DNA of 50,888 nucleotides, filler included, from Dendrobates tinctorius (GCF_039654945.1; 4 parts of 4 records of this genome joined end to end with filler, not necessarily neighbours in it), one strand, 5' to 3'; positions 35,512-48,518 are shown, numbered from the whole stretch's first letter. Notes: generated by a model not told the origin, from the sequence alone. Numbers and translations are program-made.

Positions 35512-35611
35512 NNNNNNNNNNNNNNNNNNNNNNNNNNNNNNNNNNNNNNNNNNNNTTAATTAATTAANNNNNNNNNNNNNNNNNNNNNNNNNNNNNNNNN
35601 NNNNNNNNNNN
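35512..35611. other. Assembly gap with artificial TTAATTAATTAA spacer
   Basis: 44 N + TTAATTAATTAA + 44 N. Confidence 0.97.
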
Positions 35612-35631
35612 CAAAAGTCAGACATTTTTAT

Positions 35632-35822
35632 AGTGTGTGGGCAGTGTGTGTGTGTGCAGTGTGCGGGCAGTGTGTGTGTGCAGTGTGCGGGCAGTGTGTG
35701 TGTGCAGTGTGCGGGCAGTGTGTGTGTGCAGTGTGCGGGCAGTGTGTGTGTGCAGTGTGCGGGCAGTGTGTGTGTGCAGTGTGCGGGCAGTGTGTGTGTG
35801 CAGTGTGTGGGCAGTGGGCAGT
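35632..35822 (+). repeat. 24-bp GT-rich tandem repeat (GGGCAGTGTGTGTGTGCAGTGTGC) upstream of GFOD1
   Basis: About 7-8 copies read directly. Confidence 0.95.
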
Positions 35823-36191
35823 ATATATGAGGCCTCTGGCTCTGGCAGACAGCGGGTGGATCCCTGGGCAGCATTCCTGGACCACTGAAGACATCCTGCA
35901 GCAAGGAAGGGGTTATACAATGGCGGGTGAAGCCCGGGAGGGGGCGTTGCAGGAACAGCCAGACATTAGGTGACAGCAGCCGCCTCCACCCACAGCAATG
36001 AGGAGGGGAAGAAGCCTGTGAACATGGCAGGAGGCGACTAACCCTGCCGGCTCTGCAGTGGCACCGGCCGCAGCCTGCCCCCGCTCCTCCCCGGGGGTCG
36101 CTCCGCATTGTCTGTGGACGGGCAGCAGGATGAGCTGCAGCCGCGGAGCTGAGGGGGGCGCCCAGTAGCAGCTGAGCCGGCAGTGTGCGCC

Positions 36192-36444
36192 ATGCTGCCC
36201 GGGGTCGGGGTGTTCGGCACCAGCCTGACCTCCAGGGTCATCATCCCGCTGCTGAAGGACGAGGGCTTCTCGGTGAAGGCTCTGTGGGGCCGGACCCCGG
36301 AGGAGGCGGAGGAGCTGGCCAAGGAGATGAGCGTCCCCTACTACACCAGCCGCATCGACGACGTCCTGCTGCACCAAGACGTGGACCTGGTGTGCATCAA
36401 CCTGCCGCCCCCCCTCACCAAGCAGGTGGCGGTGAAGACCCTCG
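36192..36444 (+). CDS. GFOD1: Glucose-fructose oxidoreductase domain-containing protein 1, first coding exon (84 codons + 1 nt); the rest of the window is presumably intron
   Basis: GCCATG start. [84 protein letters not shown] closely matches the vertebrate GFOD1 N-terminus as I recall it. Donor G|GTGAGT. CpG-rich upstream region. Confidence 0.95.
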
Positions 36445-36450
36445 GTGAGT

Positions 36451-36569
36451 GCTGCAGAGACTGGGGGGCATCCATCTGTAGGGGAGGGGGGCTGCAGAGA
36501 CTGGGGGGCATCCATCTGTAGGGGAGGGGGGCTGCAGAGACTGGGGGGCATCCATCTGTAGGGGAGGGG
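36451..36569 (+). repeat. Three copies of a 40-bp G-rich repeat immediately after the GFOD1 splice donor
   Basis: GCTGCAGAGACTGGGGGGCATCCATCTGTAGGGGAGGGGG x3. Confidence 0.95.
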
Positions 36570-36614
36570 TGGTACCTGCTGAGAGGAAGACCCCAATGTG
36601 CTGCCATTATCACT

Positions 36615-36690
36615 ATTATCGATCTATCCATCTCTCTATCCATCTCTCTATCTATCTATCTATTATCCATCTATTATCTCTCTGTCTATT
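36615..36690 (+). repeat. Degenerate (CTAT)n microsatellite
   Basis: Read directly. Confidence 0.8.
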
Positions 36691-36834
36691 AGTTTTCCGT
36701 GAGACTCTTATAGATGAATGGAATGATTCCAGAAATCTTGGTAACAAATCCCCCGTGTGAATATATTCCTGAGCTCTAGTCCGGAGGCCTGAACCGTCAC
36801 TGATTCGTTGTACAGCTCGAATGCAGAGGTCTGC

Positions 36835-37932
36835 GTCTCCATGGTAACAGACTACAAACTACCGTAATTCTGTGTAGTCAGATCATAGAATCGTAGAGTT
36901 GGAAGGGACCTCCTGGGCCATCTGGTCCAACCCCCTGCTCAAAGCAGGATTCACTAAATCATCCCAGTCAGATGTCTGTCCAGCCTCTGTTTGAAGACTT
37001 CCATTGAAGGAGAACTCACCACTTCTCGTGGCAGCCTGTTCCACTCATTGATCACTCTAACTGTCAAAAAGTTTTTTCTAATTTCTAATCTGTGTCTCCT
37101 CCCATTCAGTTTCATCCCATTGCTTCTAGTCTTTCCTTGTGCAAATGAGAATAAAGTTAATCCTTCTACAATGTGACAGCCCTTTAGATATTTGTAGACA
37201 GCTATTAAGTCTCCTTTCAGTCTTCTCTTTTGCAAACTTAACATTCCCAAATCCTGCAACCTTTCCTCATAAGACAGGGTTTGCAGACCGGTCACCATTC
37301 TGGTCGCTCTTTTCTGAACTTGCTCCAGTTTGTTGATGTCTTTTTTAAAATGTGGTGCCCAAAACTGGACACAATATTCCAGATGAGGTCTGACCAAAGA
37401 GGAGTAGAGGGAAATAATGACTTCACGTGATCTAGACTGTATGCTTCTGTTAATACATCCTAGAATTGCATTTGCCTTTTTTGCTGCTGCATCACACTGT
37501 TGACTCATATTCAGTCTGTGATCTATTAGTATACCCAAGTCTTTTTCACATGTGCTGTCACTTAGCCCTATTCCTCCCATTCTGTATATGCTTTTTTCAT
37601 TTTTATTGCCCAGATGTAGTACTTTGCATTTTTCCCTGTTAAAAACCATTCTGTTAGTTGCTGCCCACTTCTCCAGTTTATTTAAATCTTTTTGAATCCT
37701 CTCTCTCTTCTCTAGTATTAGCTATCCCTCCTAGCTTTGTGTCATCAGCAAATTTAATCAGTTTACCCTGAGACGGATAATTTTTCCCTCTCTCTACTAA
37801 TTATTTTTTTTTGTATATATTCTTTATTTAGCGTCTACTAATTGTATATTTGTAATGATGGGGAATAGATGGGACGTATGACGGCCGGATCAGACTACAC
37901 GGGCGTTGTTTGTAGTCTGTTACCATGGAGAC
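36835..37932. mobile_element. Palindromic MITE arms split by the CR1 insertion
   Basis: GTCTCCATGGTAACAGACTACAAAC...GTGTAGTCAGATC pairs with GATCAGACTACAC...GTTTGTAGTCTGTTACCATGGAGAC. Confidence 0.75.
36882..37769 (-). mobile_element. 5'-truncated CR1 LINE (ORF2 C-terminus plus 3' UTR), antisense within the GFOD1 intron
   Basis: 231-aa open frame at 36954-37649 with FNREKCKVLHLG, EKDLG, KKANAILGCI, LYSSLVRPHLEYCVQFWAPH and RRLKGDLIAVYKYLKG. The 3' end has the CR1 hairpin region and ATTCTATG-type 8-mer tail. Confidence 0.96.
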
Positions 37933-38352
37933 ACATCACCTGTAGAACCAAATTCTTACTAAACACCAGTGGCAAATTAGCTTTTTTTTAATTTTAGAAT
38001 CACTGGCTGATATTTAGAGGCTGCCGTCGGGTTTTGGTTTAATCCGGAAGCATAAATGACAATTCAGTGGTCATAAATGAGGAACAAAGTCAGAAGAAGC
38101 TCATGCCGGACGTGTCGCTAGACTAAATATGGCACTTTCTGTAGAACAATCACTAGATTATTACTACATGGGACGATTCCTTGTTTGGGATCAGATTTTG
38201 CTCAAGTTTCGTTTTTTTTTTTTTTATTATTTACTTAGAAAATGTAATTTTTACTTACTCTCCATCACATCCGTGGCCGGGTCTGGGTGCGGACTCTCCG
38301 CCGTCAGTCCTGTAACTTCTCACAATCTTTTTCCAGGCGAGATGACGTATTT

Positions 38353-38430
38353 CAGGCGTACACAACATTTTTTGGTCCAAGGGCCACATTGTCATACTAA
38401 ACCAATCTGAAGGGCCACAAAATATTTAAA
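38353..38430 (+). mobile_element. Possible left end of a hAT-type non-autonomous element
   Basis: CAGGCGTACACAAC...AGGGCCACA twice, resembling hAT termini and subterminal repeats. No right end found. Confidence 0.35.
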
Positions 38431-38638
38431 GGAGTATTTACATGAATATATCTGCAGAAGCAAGTTTTGAGTATTTTGAGAAGGATTTTGAGAGTTTCTG
38501 CTCCAAAAAATCAACGTGAACAACACACCCAAACTGAGTTTTTGGAACAGAAACTAAATTAAATCCTCATAATCTCAAAACTAAATTTTGAGGGTTTTTA
38601 AGTTTTGACATGAAACATGGTATGGATTGCTGCATGAT

Positions 38639-39896
38639 CAGAACCACAGTCATTACATGAAAGAAGCGCCAGAACCACCGTCAGTACATGAAAGCAGTGT
38701 CAGAACCACCGTCAGTACATGAAAGCAATGCCAGAACCACCATCAGTACATGAAAGCAATGCCAGAACCACCGTCAGTACATGAAAGCAGTGCCAGAACC
38801 ACCAACAGTACATGAAAGAAACGCAGGAACCACAGTCAGTACATGAAAGCAGTGTCAGAACCACCGTCAGTACATGAAAGCAGTGTCAGAACCACCGTCA
38901 GTACATGAAAGCAATGCCAGAACCACCGTCAGTACATGAAAGCAATGCCAGAACCACCGTCAGTACATGAAAGCAGTGCCAGAACCACCAACAGTACATG
39001 AAAGAAACGCCAGAACCACAGTCAGTACATGAAAGCAGTGTCAGAACCACAGTCAGTACATGAAAGCAGTGTCAGAACCACCGTCAGTACATGAAAGCAG
39101 TGCCAGAACCACCGTCAGTACATGAAAGCAGTGCCAGAACCACCGTCAGTACATGAAAGCAGTGCCAGAACCACCGTCAGTACATGAAAACAGTGTCAGA
39201 ACCACCGTCAGTTCATGAAAACAGTGTCAGAACCACCGTCAGTTCATGAAAGCAGTGTCAGAACCACCGTCAGTACATAAAAGCAGTGTCAGAACCACCG
39301 TCAGTACATGAAAGAAGCGCCAGAACCACCGTCAGTACATGAAAGCAGTGTCAGAACCACCGTCAGTACATGAAAGCAGTGTCAGAACCACCGTCAGTAC
39401 ATGAAAGAAGCGCCAGAACCACCGTCAGTACATAAAAGCAGTGTCAGAACCACCAACAGTACATGAAAGCAGTGCCAGAACCACCGTCAGTACATGAAAG
39501 CAGTGCCAGAACCACCGTCAGTACATAAAAGCAGTGTCAGAACCACCAACAGTACATGAAAGCAGTGTCAGAACCACCAACAGTACATGAAAGAAGCGCC
39601 AGAACCACCGTCAGTACATGAAAGCAGTGTCAGAACCACCGTCAGTACATGAAAGAAGCGCCAGAACCACCGTCAGTACATAAAAGCAGTGTCAGAACCA
39701 CCAACAGTACATGAAAGCAGTGTCAGAACCACCGTCAGTACATGAAAGAAGCGCCAGAACCACCGTCAGTACATAAAAGCAGTGTCAAAACCACCAACAG
39801 TACATGAAAGCAGTGTCAGAACCACCGTCAGTACATGAAAGCAGCATCAGAACCACCGTCAGTACATGAAAGCAGCATCAGAACCACCGTCAGTAC
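38639..39896 (+). repeat. 31-bp tandem array, about 40 copies (CAGAACCACCGTCAGTACATGAAAGCAGTGT)
   Basis: Read directly. Confidence 0.98.
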
Positions 39897-40344
39897 TGGA
39901 ATATATCACCAAGCTTAGTACAGTGATCACTTGGAGTTTCAGCTCAGCCTCATATACACTTGTTTCACGTAAAACTGCAACTCCCAGTATGTTCTTAAAA
40001 ATGGTAAGGAGATACTAGGAGTTGTTACCAGCCATCAAAAGACTTTGAACCACAGTACTGTTTAGACACAGGCAGTATCATCAATAAACATTTGCATCCA
40101 GGTACCTTATAGGTGACATCTTCTCTGATCATTCCCATCTCTATTGTCTCCACGTAGTATAGACGTCATGATGAGATTTCATGCCCAGTGTTCGTATGTG
40201 CAGGCTTCCCTCTGTCTTCAGCAGTGCTTCCCCACATGGTGGCCTTAAAAATAATAGTATCATTATATTGCCCTATAAATAAAGATTTCTCCCATGCTGT
40301 GCCCCTGAATAAATAATTGCCCCTTACTGTGCTCCCTGCACAAA

Positions 40345-41442
40345 ATATCCCTCCCACACTGCCCTTCTCCAAAATATCCTTCCCACTGCCCCTCTCCATA
40401 ATGTCTCACCCACACTGCCCCTCTCCATAATGTCTCACCCACACTGCCCCTTTCCATAATATTCCCCCACACTGCCCCTCTCCATAATATTCCCCCACAC
40501 TGCCCCTCTTCATAATATTCCCCCACACTGCCCCTCTCCATAATATTCCCCCACACTGCCCCTCACCATAATATTCCCCCACACTGCCCCTCTCCATAAT
40601 ATTCCCCTACACTGCCCCTCTCCATAATGTCTCACCCACACTGCCCCTCTCCATAATATTCCCCCACACTGCCCCTCTCCATAATATTCCCCCACACTGC
40701 CCCTCTCCATAATATTCCCCCACACTGCCCCTCTCCATAATATTTCCCCACACTGCCCCTTTCCATAATGTCTCACCCACACTGCCCCTTTCCATAATAT
40801 TCCCCCACACAGCTCCTCTCCGTAATATTCCCCCCACACTACCCCTCTCCATAATATTCCCCTACACTGCCTCTCTCCATAATGTCTCACCCACACTGCC
40901 CCTCTCCATAATATTCCCCCACACTGCCCCTCACCATAATATTCCCCCACACTGCCCCTCTCCATAATATTCCCCCACACTGCCCCTTTCCATAATGTCT
41001 CACCCACACTGCCCCTTTCCATAATATTCCCCCACACAGCTCCTCTCCGTAATATTCCCCCCACACTACCCCTCTCCATAATATTCCCCTACACTGCCCC
41101 TTTCCATAATATTCCCCTACACTGCCCCTCTCCATAATGTCTCACCCACACTGCCCCTCTCCATAATGTCTCACCCACACTGCCCCTCTCCATAATGTCT
41201 CACCCACACTGCCCCTTTCCATAATATTCCCCTACACTGCCCCTCTCCATAATGTCTCACCCACACTGCCCCTCTCCATAATGTCTCACCCACACTGCCC
41301 CTTTCCATAATGTCTCACCCACACTGCCCCTTTCCATAATGTCTCACCCACACTGCCCCTTTCCATAATGTCTCACCCACACTGCCCCTTTCCATAATGT
41401 CTCACCCACACTGCCCCTTTCCATAATATTCCCCCCACACAG
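40345..41442 (+). repeat. 28/29-bp tandem array (ACACTGCCCCTCTCCATAATATTCCCCC / ...AATGTCTCACCC)
   Basis: Read directly; two alternating variants. Confidence 0.97.
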
Positions 41443-41484
41443 CTCATGTATGTAATATTCCTTGCACACAGTTTCCCTCCTTAA

Positions 41485-41700
41485 AGGGGTTGTTCACTGC
41501 TAGGACAACCCCTTCTTGATCTAAATGATTGTCCCTGATAAAGTAATAAAGCCTGTACTCCCCTCCCCTCTGTGGCTGTTCTAGGTGGGAACCGGGGTCA
41601 CAACATTGTTCGGCGGACCATTGATTTTTCTTGCCCCCAAACCGCTATAAAGTCATGTGGGTGACGCGCCCCTTCTCCTTTCCTAGAAGTGGAGGACCCC
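41485..41700 (+). mobile_element. T2/Kolobok-type MITE fragment
   Basis: TTAA-AGGGGTTGTTC ... GGACAACCCCTT terminal mini-palindrome. Confidence 0.5.
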
Positions 41701-42894
41701 GGATCATCCGGGCTCGTGGCTCTTACACACGCAGTTATCCGGTTTGTCTCAGATCTTCCGTCATCAGTAATTCCAGCTTTTCCACATTCCGTCCTTCAGG
41801 GTGTGTTTACTTTTGCATTGGACTTTTTTTTTTGTGGTTAGGGTTGTAATTCTTAGATCAATTCCCAGTTCTCCTACCCCAGCGCCGCCCATCACAAGAC
41901 CTCTCCGAAAGGAGAAGGGTCACCGCTAAATCCTTACCCCCTACTCCAAATCCTCTCATTTGGAGCTGAGATTAGACCTTCCGGTACTCAGACTTATTGA
42001 AAGGAATTTTTTATATTATTTTATTTATATATTCTTGTAATTTTATTGTTAATTATTATTTTTTACTTTTCTTTAATCATGGAGATTTTCAGCTTTTCCT
42101 TCCCCTCCTCTCCTCAGGAAACTATTTTTTGTATTACCCCCTTTATAAAAATGTACATTTTTGCTCATGTCCAGTTTCTGCAGTGCTCGGAATGCTGAGC
42201 TGTGTGTAACCCCGCCCGCACCCCTGATTGGCAGCTTTCCGTGAACATTCCGTGATGGGGGCGGAGTTACACAAAGCTGTTGACTAGAAGGCACGAGACG
42301 CCTAGTCCATCGGCAGTGATAATCTCCTGCTGATAAAACACAGATTTTATTGAAACAGCCTAATAAGGGATACATCGCCGGAATCGGGAACTCGTGCTGC
42401 TCTCAGATTACATAGTAGAAAAATTTGCTGATCATTTTCTGTTTATAATATTCCGAGGCTTCGGGAACCGTCACATTTTTGAGATTGTATATAGATGATA
42501 GACTTCAGACTATCTTTCATACTTACATTAAAAATTAACTAATGATGTAAAACGCTTCATTTACATTTCCTCGGTGGATCCGGTGTCTGGTGATTACTGT
42601 CAGCGAAAAGATGGAAAAATCTATGTTGGGCGCAGTTCACTGTCTTATCGATCCCTGTAAAAGAGCCCCTGAGCGCCTCTATTATATGAGCTGCAATACC
42701 CTGAGCGACCACTACATGGTGTTATGAACACTGTTTATATCTGACCGTTGCCGGAGGTGGTCCGTGGGGTGTACCGGGTGTCAGACCCCCGCCAATCTGA
42801 TATAGGAAACCTTATATTATGCCACCATGTACTGAGTCTCCACCCATTCAACCCAATTGGAAGAGCTCATGCGTCATTGTTTCCTGCCCCTTAA

Positions 42895-43335
42895 AGGGTT
42901 TTTTTTTTCCTCATCTGGGTATCGTCAGAACTCGTAAATACAAGCAATTTTGCAATTTACAGCTTATTAAAATTTTCAACCCTTCTTGAGATATTAACAC
43001 TTTTCCATTGTTTCCAGCTCGTTACCGCGGAGACTGACCACCGCTGCTCGACAGTAAAACAAGTGCAGAGCTTACAAACTTTTACTGTTGAGCTTGGAAG
43101 CGCCATTGCAGCTGGCCAGGATTGCTGGAATGCCCTCATGTCTCTTAATCCCGGGCAGTGCCAACAAACAAGGCAGCAGCGGTGGTCGGTCTCCTAGGCA
43201 ACAAGCTGTAAATAAAACAAAAGTGTTAATATCTCGAGATCGGCTGCAAAATTTAATAGGCAGCAAATTGCAAAAGTGCTTGTTTTTAGAAGCACTATCC
43301 GACAATACCAATCTATGAAGATGGGATTAAACCCA
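42895..43335. mobile_element. Long palindromic T2/Kolobok-type MITE
   Basis: TTAA-AGGGTTTT start and AAACCC end. Arms pair, e.g. GAGATATTAACACTTTT / AAAAGTGTTAATATCTC and GACCACCGCTGCT / AGCAGCGGTGGTC. Confidence 0.8.
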
Positions 43336-43686
43336 TAGTTAGCGGTCTACCAAAGGTCAGCAGCTAGTCCTCCTGACCCCCCCCTCCTAATACTCATGTG
43401 ACCCCCCCCTCGCTCCATGGAGTGTCCATGTCATGAGAGGTGAGAAAAAAATCTCCTCTGGTGGCTGCTCATCTCCCCGGAGAACAACGGATCGGGCATA
43501 TTGAAATCCCACAGCCCCATCCTTCTTTTACCCAACATCTAGTCTGAAAATGTTAGGACCCCCCATGAGAATCGTCAGGTGGTCCCACTGATATCAGTGG
43601 CTCATCCGTCATTAATCTAATGTGTATGATCACGTCTAGGCTAAAGAAGAAAGTGTCTTGTCTCGGGTGCCATTGTAACCAGTCAA

Positions 43687-44685
43687 GGTTGGCAAAAAGT
43701 AATGTGTGATTGTTGTGGATGATAGTTTTGCACGGTATTGGACCACTGTATTTTGGGTACAGTGTGGTAGTATTATTTAGCCACAAAAGCGTTTTTTAGT
43801 TACGCATTATATGACGGTATTAATAAGGTACTATACAACTAGTATTGTAGGTATTACAACTTATGGGTTGGCAGAAAGTAATGTGTGATCGTTGTGGCTG
43901 ATAATTTGGCACTGTATTGGACCACTGTATTTTGAGCACTGTGTGGTAGTATTATCTAGCCACTATATTTGCCCCTTTTATTTTTGCATTATATGACGGT
44001 ATTAATAAGGTACTATACAACTAGTATTGTAGGTATTACAATTTATGGGTTTGCAAAAAGTAATGTGTGATCGTTATGGCCGATAGTTTGACATTGTATT
44101 GGCCCACTGTATTTTGGGTACGGTGTGGTAGTATTATTTAGCCACTATATTGTGCTTTTTATTTATGCATTATATGACGGTATTAATAAGGCACTATATG
44201 GTGGTATTACAACTTATAGGTTGGCGAAAAGTAATGTGTGATCGTTATGGCCGATAGTTTGACATGGTATTGGACCGCTGCATTTTGGGTACCGTGTTGT
44301 ATTACTATTTAGCCACTATAAAGCTTTTTTATTTATGCAGTGTATGACGGTATTAATAAGGCACTATATGGTGGTATTACAACTTATAGGTTGGCAAAAA
44401 GTGTTGTGGTTGATAGTTTGGCACTGTATTGGCCCACGGTATTTTGGGTACGGTGTGGTAGTATTATTTAGCCACTATATTGTGCTTTTTATTTATGCAT
44501 TATATGACGGTATTAATAAGGCACTATATGGTGGTATTACAACTTATAGGTTGGCGAAAAGTATTGTGTGATCGTTGTGGGTGATAGTTTGGCACGGTAT
44601 TGGACCACTGTATTTTGGGTATGCTGTGGTAGTATTATTTAGCCACCATATTGCTCTTTTTATGAATTGTATGACAGTATTAATT
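43687..44685 (+). repeat. Tandem repeat of ~160-180 bp, about 6 copies, AT-rich
   Basis: Units start GGTTGGCAAAAAGTAATGTGTGAT (or variants) near 43687, 43867, 44048, 44219, 44389 and 44549. Confidence 0.93.
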
Positions 44686-45265
44686 AAATTTATGGCAAAT
44701 TACATGTAAAAATGCCACCCAGGGTCCAGATAGCCCTTTTGCCCACACGTCTGAGGGTCCTACAGCTTACATTCACTGCCTTATTCTACAACATCAGGAT
44801 ACGGGGGCTGCGTTTTCCTTCTCCGTTAGTCAGCATTACACATGGAGGAAACGGCACAGTGACCGCCTTCCTCCACCCACTTCCTGACCAATTGTTCAGA
44901 TATTTACATCGGTGAACACAATAGTATGACGGGCACGTGTTTCATTTTGTGCCAGTTAATCCCTGGGAATCTCTCATGAGTTGTGCTCCGTTATTTCTTC
45001 ACGATACGGTCTGGACATTCTTTTTAGACCATGTATTTGACTTTTGGGGTTTTTTTGCGTTGTTTACTATCGACCATGTCTCGCCATTTTTGGTCCCTAA
45101 CCCTTCCATAGGATCTTGGACCATGTAAACATTTAGCATAAGATATGTGACACGAGATCACTTCCCACCACCAGCACTGTCACACTTACATCCCAAACGG
45201 TAGTTTTAATTATTGACATAAGGACATAATTATTTTTAATGAGGAGATAAAATTGCTCCGATAAT

Positions 45266-45425
45266 GGACGCCATTTATCAAAACTGTGTTACAGTCATCT
45301 GTCACTGTGGCCCCTAGCAACCAATCAGAGCTCAGCTCTCATTTGTAAAAGTGCTCTGGTGAGATGAAAGTTGCGCTGTGATTGGTTGCTAGGGGTAACA
45401 CAACATTGTTTTGATAAATGAGGCC
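45266..45425. mobile_element. Short palindromic MITE
   Basis: CATTTATCAAAAC / GTTTTGATAAATG and CCCCTAGCAACCAATCA / TGATTGGTTGCTAGGGG. Confidence 0.8.
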
Positions 45426-47297
45426 TAGTTGCTCAGTTTCAGGCCTCAGCAGCATTGTTTCTAACATTATTTTTTTTATATTTTAATATATACTGTCCCA
45501 AAATGGACAAAATACTTGATTTTATGAGCCATTTTGGAAAGTTTTATTTTTAATAGAAAGGAAGCGAGAAGTTTCAGCGCCCTGAGTACTTGAAAATTGG
45601 GATTTTCTCCACTTTAATATGATAGATATTCTATATAGCCCACATGTAGCGTTCGGTATCATTCATCCATTATATCATGGTGCTTCCTAACATTTGAACC
45701 GTGGTGTAGCCAAAATAACAATATGGCTGCCGTTGGGGACTTGTAAATAAGCCACCTATGGAGGCTCCTGAAATCTACCAGAACTTGGGTATTTGGGTAG
45801 ATCGTTCGGCCGACACTCCTACACACGGAAGCGCTTGCTCGGCCAAGAGCTCCTGTGACCTCTGAGTATGTCGCCGGCTGACATGTCAGCCGATGTCTTT
45901 TCTCGGAGGTCAGCAGCCTGAAATCGGACGTATGCGGTCAACATCTCCATTGGCCATCAGCGCCAACATAGACATCAGACCGTCGCCCGAGCCTGTCAGT
46001 ATCAATGTTTTCAGCTGACTTTAGTTTCGTGTATGAGGGCCTTAAATCTTCCGTGCTCGCTTAGCTCGTTATTTCCCCTTGCGCGTGCGTTCAGCCTGAT
46101 GAAGGTCAGAATTAGGATATCAAGATGGCACTTGCCTACAGACTGGGTGAGATAATAGAGGAGTAGGGAGGTGTGGTGGTCTGATTTGGTTACTATGCAA
46201 GCTGAGAGATGTTGGCAGAAAGCCACCACAGTATGTGGCACGTAATGAAGCAGGTGAGCGCAAGTGCAATTAGGATCGTCCAGGTAGCAGCAAGATCATA
46301 AAAGGTGTTTTGTGGGCTGTGTGTCAAGTTTTACAACGCTGAATGGTATTTAAAAAAAAACAACAAAAAGTGGAAAACCCCATTAATGTAAATGTTGGTA
46401 GATATAGAATATTGTCATTTTCTGCAAGGAATTAAATGGAGTGTGCAGCTGGTGCCAGTTACAACAATCTGACCATAACGCGATCAAAAACAGACACATT
46501 GGAGTCACACGGTCTGAAAAAGTTACGGACATGTTAGCGGCACCATAAATTGCAATGGGTGCTTGTTTTATTTGGATAAAACACATAGGTGAAAAATAGA
46601 CATCTGAACAAGGCCTAAGGTTGACAGCTGCTATCCTTTTAAAACATGCAACAGGCAAAGTCCATAAGATTTCAAGTTTTTTATGTTTTCTGGCAAACAG
46701 ACTACAGGTTAGCAGGAAATCTAGTAACAGGGTATGAAGGACCAGAAAGAGCCGTTTGTGTAGTAAAAAAAACTTACCTGTAAGGCCGGTTTCACACGTT
46801 TGTGAAACATGGATGGTGCTTGACTCAGAATTCTTGGTCTGCCCACCAGGCCACCTGGTATATATACAGTATGAGACAGGTATTCCAAGCCAAGCACGGT
46901 CCTTTCGGCATGGGTGTGTGAAGACGGCCCAATACTCGGTTCCAAAATTATTTTTTTCTGTTCAGTCATATGGGTTTCTGGGATTCTCAATTCATGATTT
47001 ATCTTTAAGGCCCCAATACACATTGGACGAAAATCGACGGGTTCAGCCGAATTGTGTGTAAGGTAGCTTTGGCTCTCTCCAGACAGATGATGTTGGAGGA
47101 GGTGAAGATCCCTCATGTCCCATTTCAGACTGTTAATCCTTTTGTTCTTTAATATAAAAGCCACTGCCACATGTGTTTGTCAGTGGCTTTCTCATAGAGA
47201 AGAGCATGGACGAGCGAGCAAGTAGCTGAGTCAGGTAAGATAGCTGCCTCTCGAACGATCATCCATCAGCTATGTAAAGTGTCTGAGGGGGCTTTAA

Positions 47298-47601
47298 AGG
47301 GGTTGTGTGTCCTTAGGGTACAAATCTGTAGTCCCTCTATGTGACCACAGACGTGTGAATCCTCATAAGGCACGCTGTGACAATTTTCCGGTGAAGGTGG
47401 CAGGGGCAATTTGCACATTGCAACTAGACATGTCCGGCTTATACTTGTATTGAGCGAGGCTGCGCAAGTCTAGTCGGCACTTGTTCACATGTATGCAAAT
47501 CACAAATGTGCTGTCATGCGTCCTTCGCTCCCAGCACCGGAGAATCCTCACAGTACTCATATAGTGACTGCAGACTTGTATCCTAAGGCCGGACAAACCC
47601 T
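47298..47601. mobile_element. T2/Kolobok-type MITE
   Basis: TTAA-AGGGGTTGT..CTTAGGGTACAAATCTG pairs with CAGACTTGTATCCTAAG..GGACAAACCCT; related to 16036-16316. Confidence 0.72.
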
Positions 47602-48518
47602 TTTTCCTAAAAAGCATTATGTGTAAAACCAAGGTTCACAAGTGTCGGATTTGCTGCGTATTTCTTGCGTAGGCAAAATCCATAGCTGGTTACAGTACCC
47701 TACCCTACCCTAGATGAGATTTTGCAACTAAAATCCAAACGCTAAGTGTAAAAAAGCTAGGGATTTTATAGACAATTTTTTATTTATTTATTTATAAATT
47801 TTCCGTTATAATCCAGCACAGGTAAAATCCCGTCCTTACTAATATATCTTTACTGTATAATATGCATTTTTTTTCTATCTCACATGTGTTTCGCTTTTCA
47901 TATCATCTGTATGTCTTACTTAGACGGTTTAGGACAGGAAGGAAGGATGCAACATTCATTACCGCGGTCCAGGACGGCGTTTTTTAGCTTAGAATAACAA
48001 GACCCTATATTAGTACAATCATCTGCTTCCTTTCCTCTTTTATAATAGCATCATGACCACAGAAACCCAACAGGGAGTGTCGTACATTGCATCAGGCAGG
48101 CATCTACTTTACTAATACTTCACATGCTTCCTCCCTATTACAACACCGTCAATTTCACCAATACACTAATGTATAGAATGTATACGATCGCCATCTCCGC
48201 AAATAATTTGCTGTGTACGACTGTGAGCACAATTTATATATTCATACCCTTGCAGGTGGAACAACAGAGGCATGGTAGACCCATGCCTCTGTTGTTCCAA
48301 GGAGAGGGTGTTTGCCTCACCATAAACTTGTAGCCTTAATCCTCCCCTCTTAAAACCTCAGTCTCTTCTTCCCCAACACCCCGGGACACAAGAAACCTTA
48401 AATCTCTGACTTTTGGGAGATTTCTCTCTTTTTTTTTTTTTTTAAGCCTTTCAGACCTTTCCATAAAAAAAAAAAGTTATTTTAAACTTTAGAAATTTGC
48501 AAACGCTTTTCGAACGTC

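Noticed and set aside
46096-46130. CTGATGA hammerhead core start
   Set aside because: No downstream GAAA box or closing stems.
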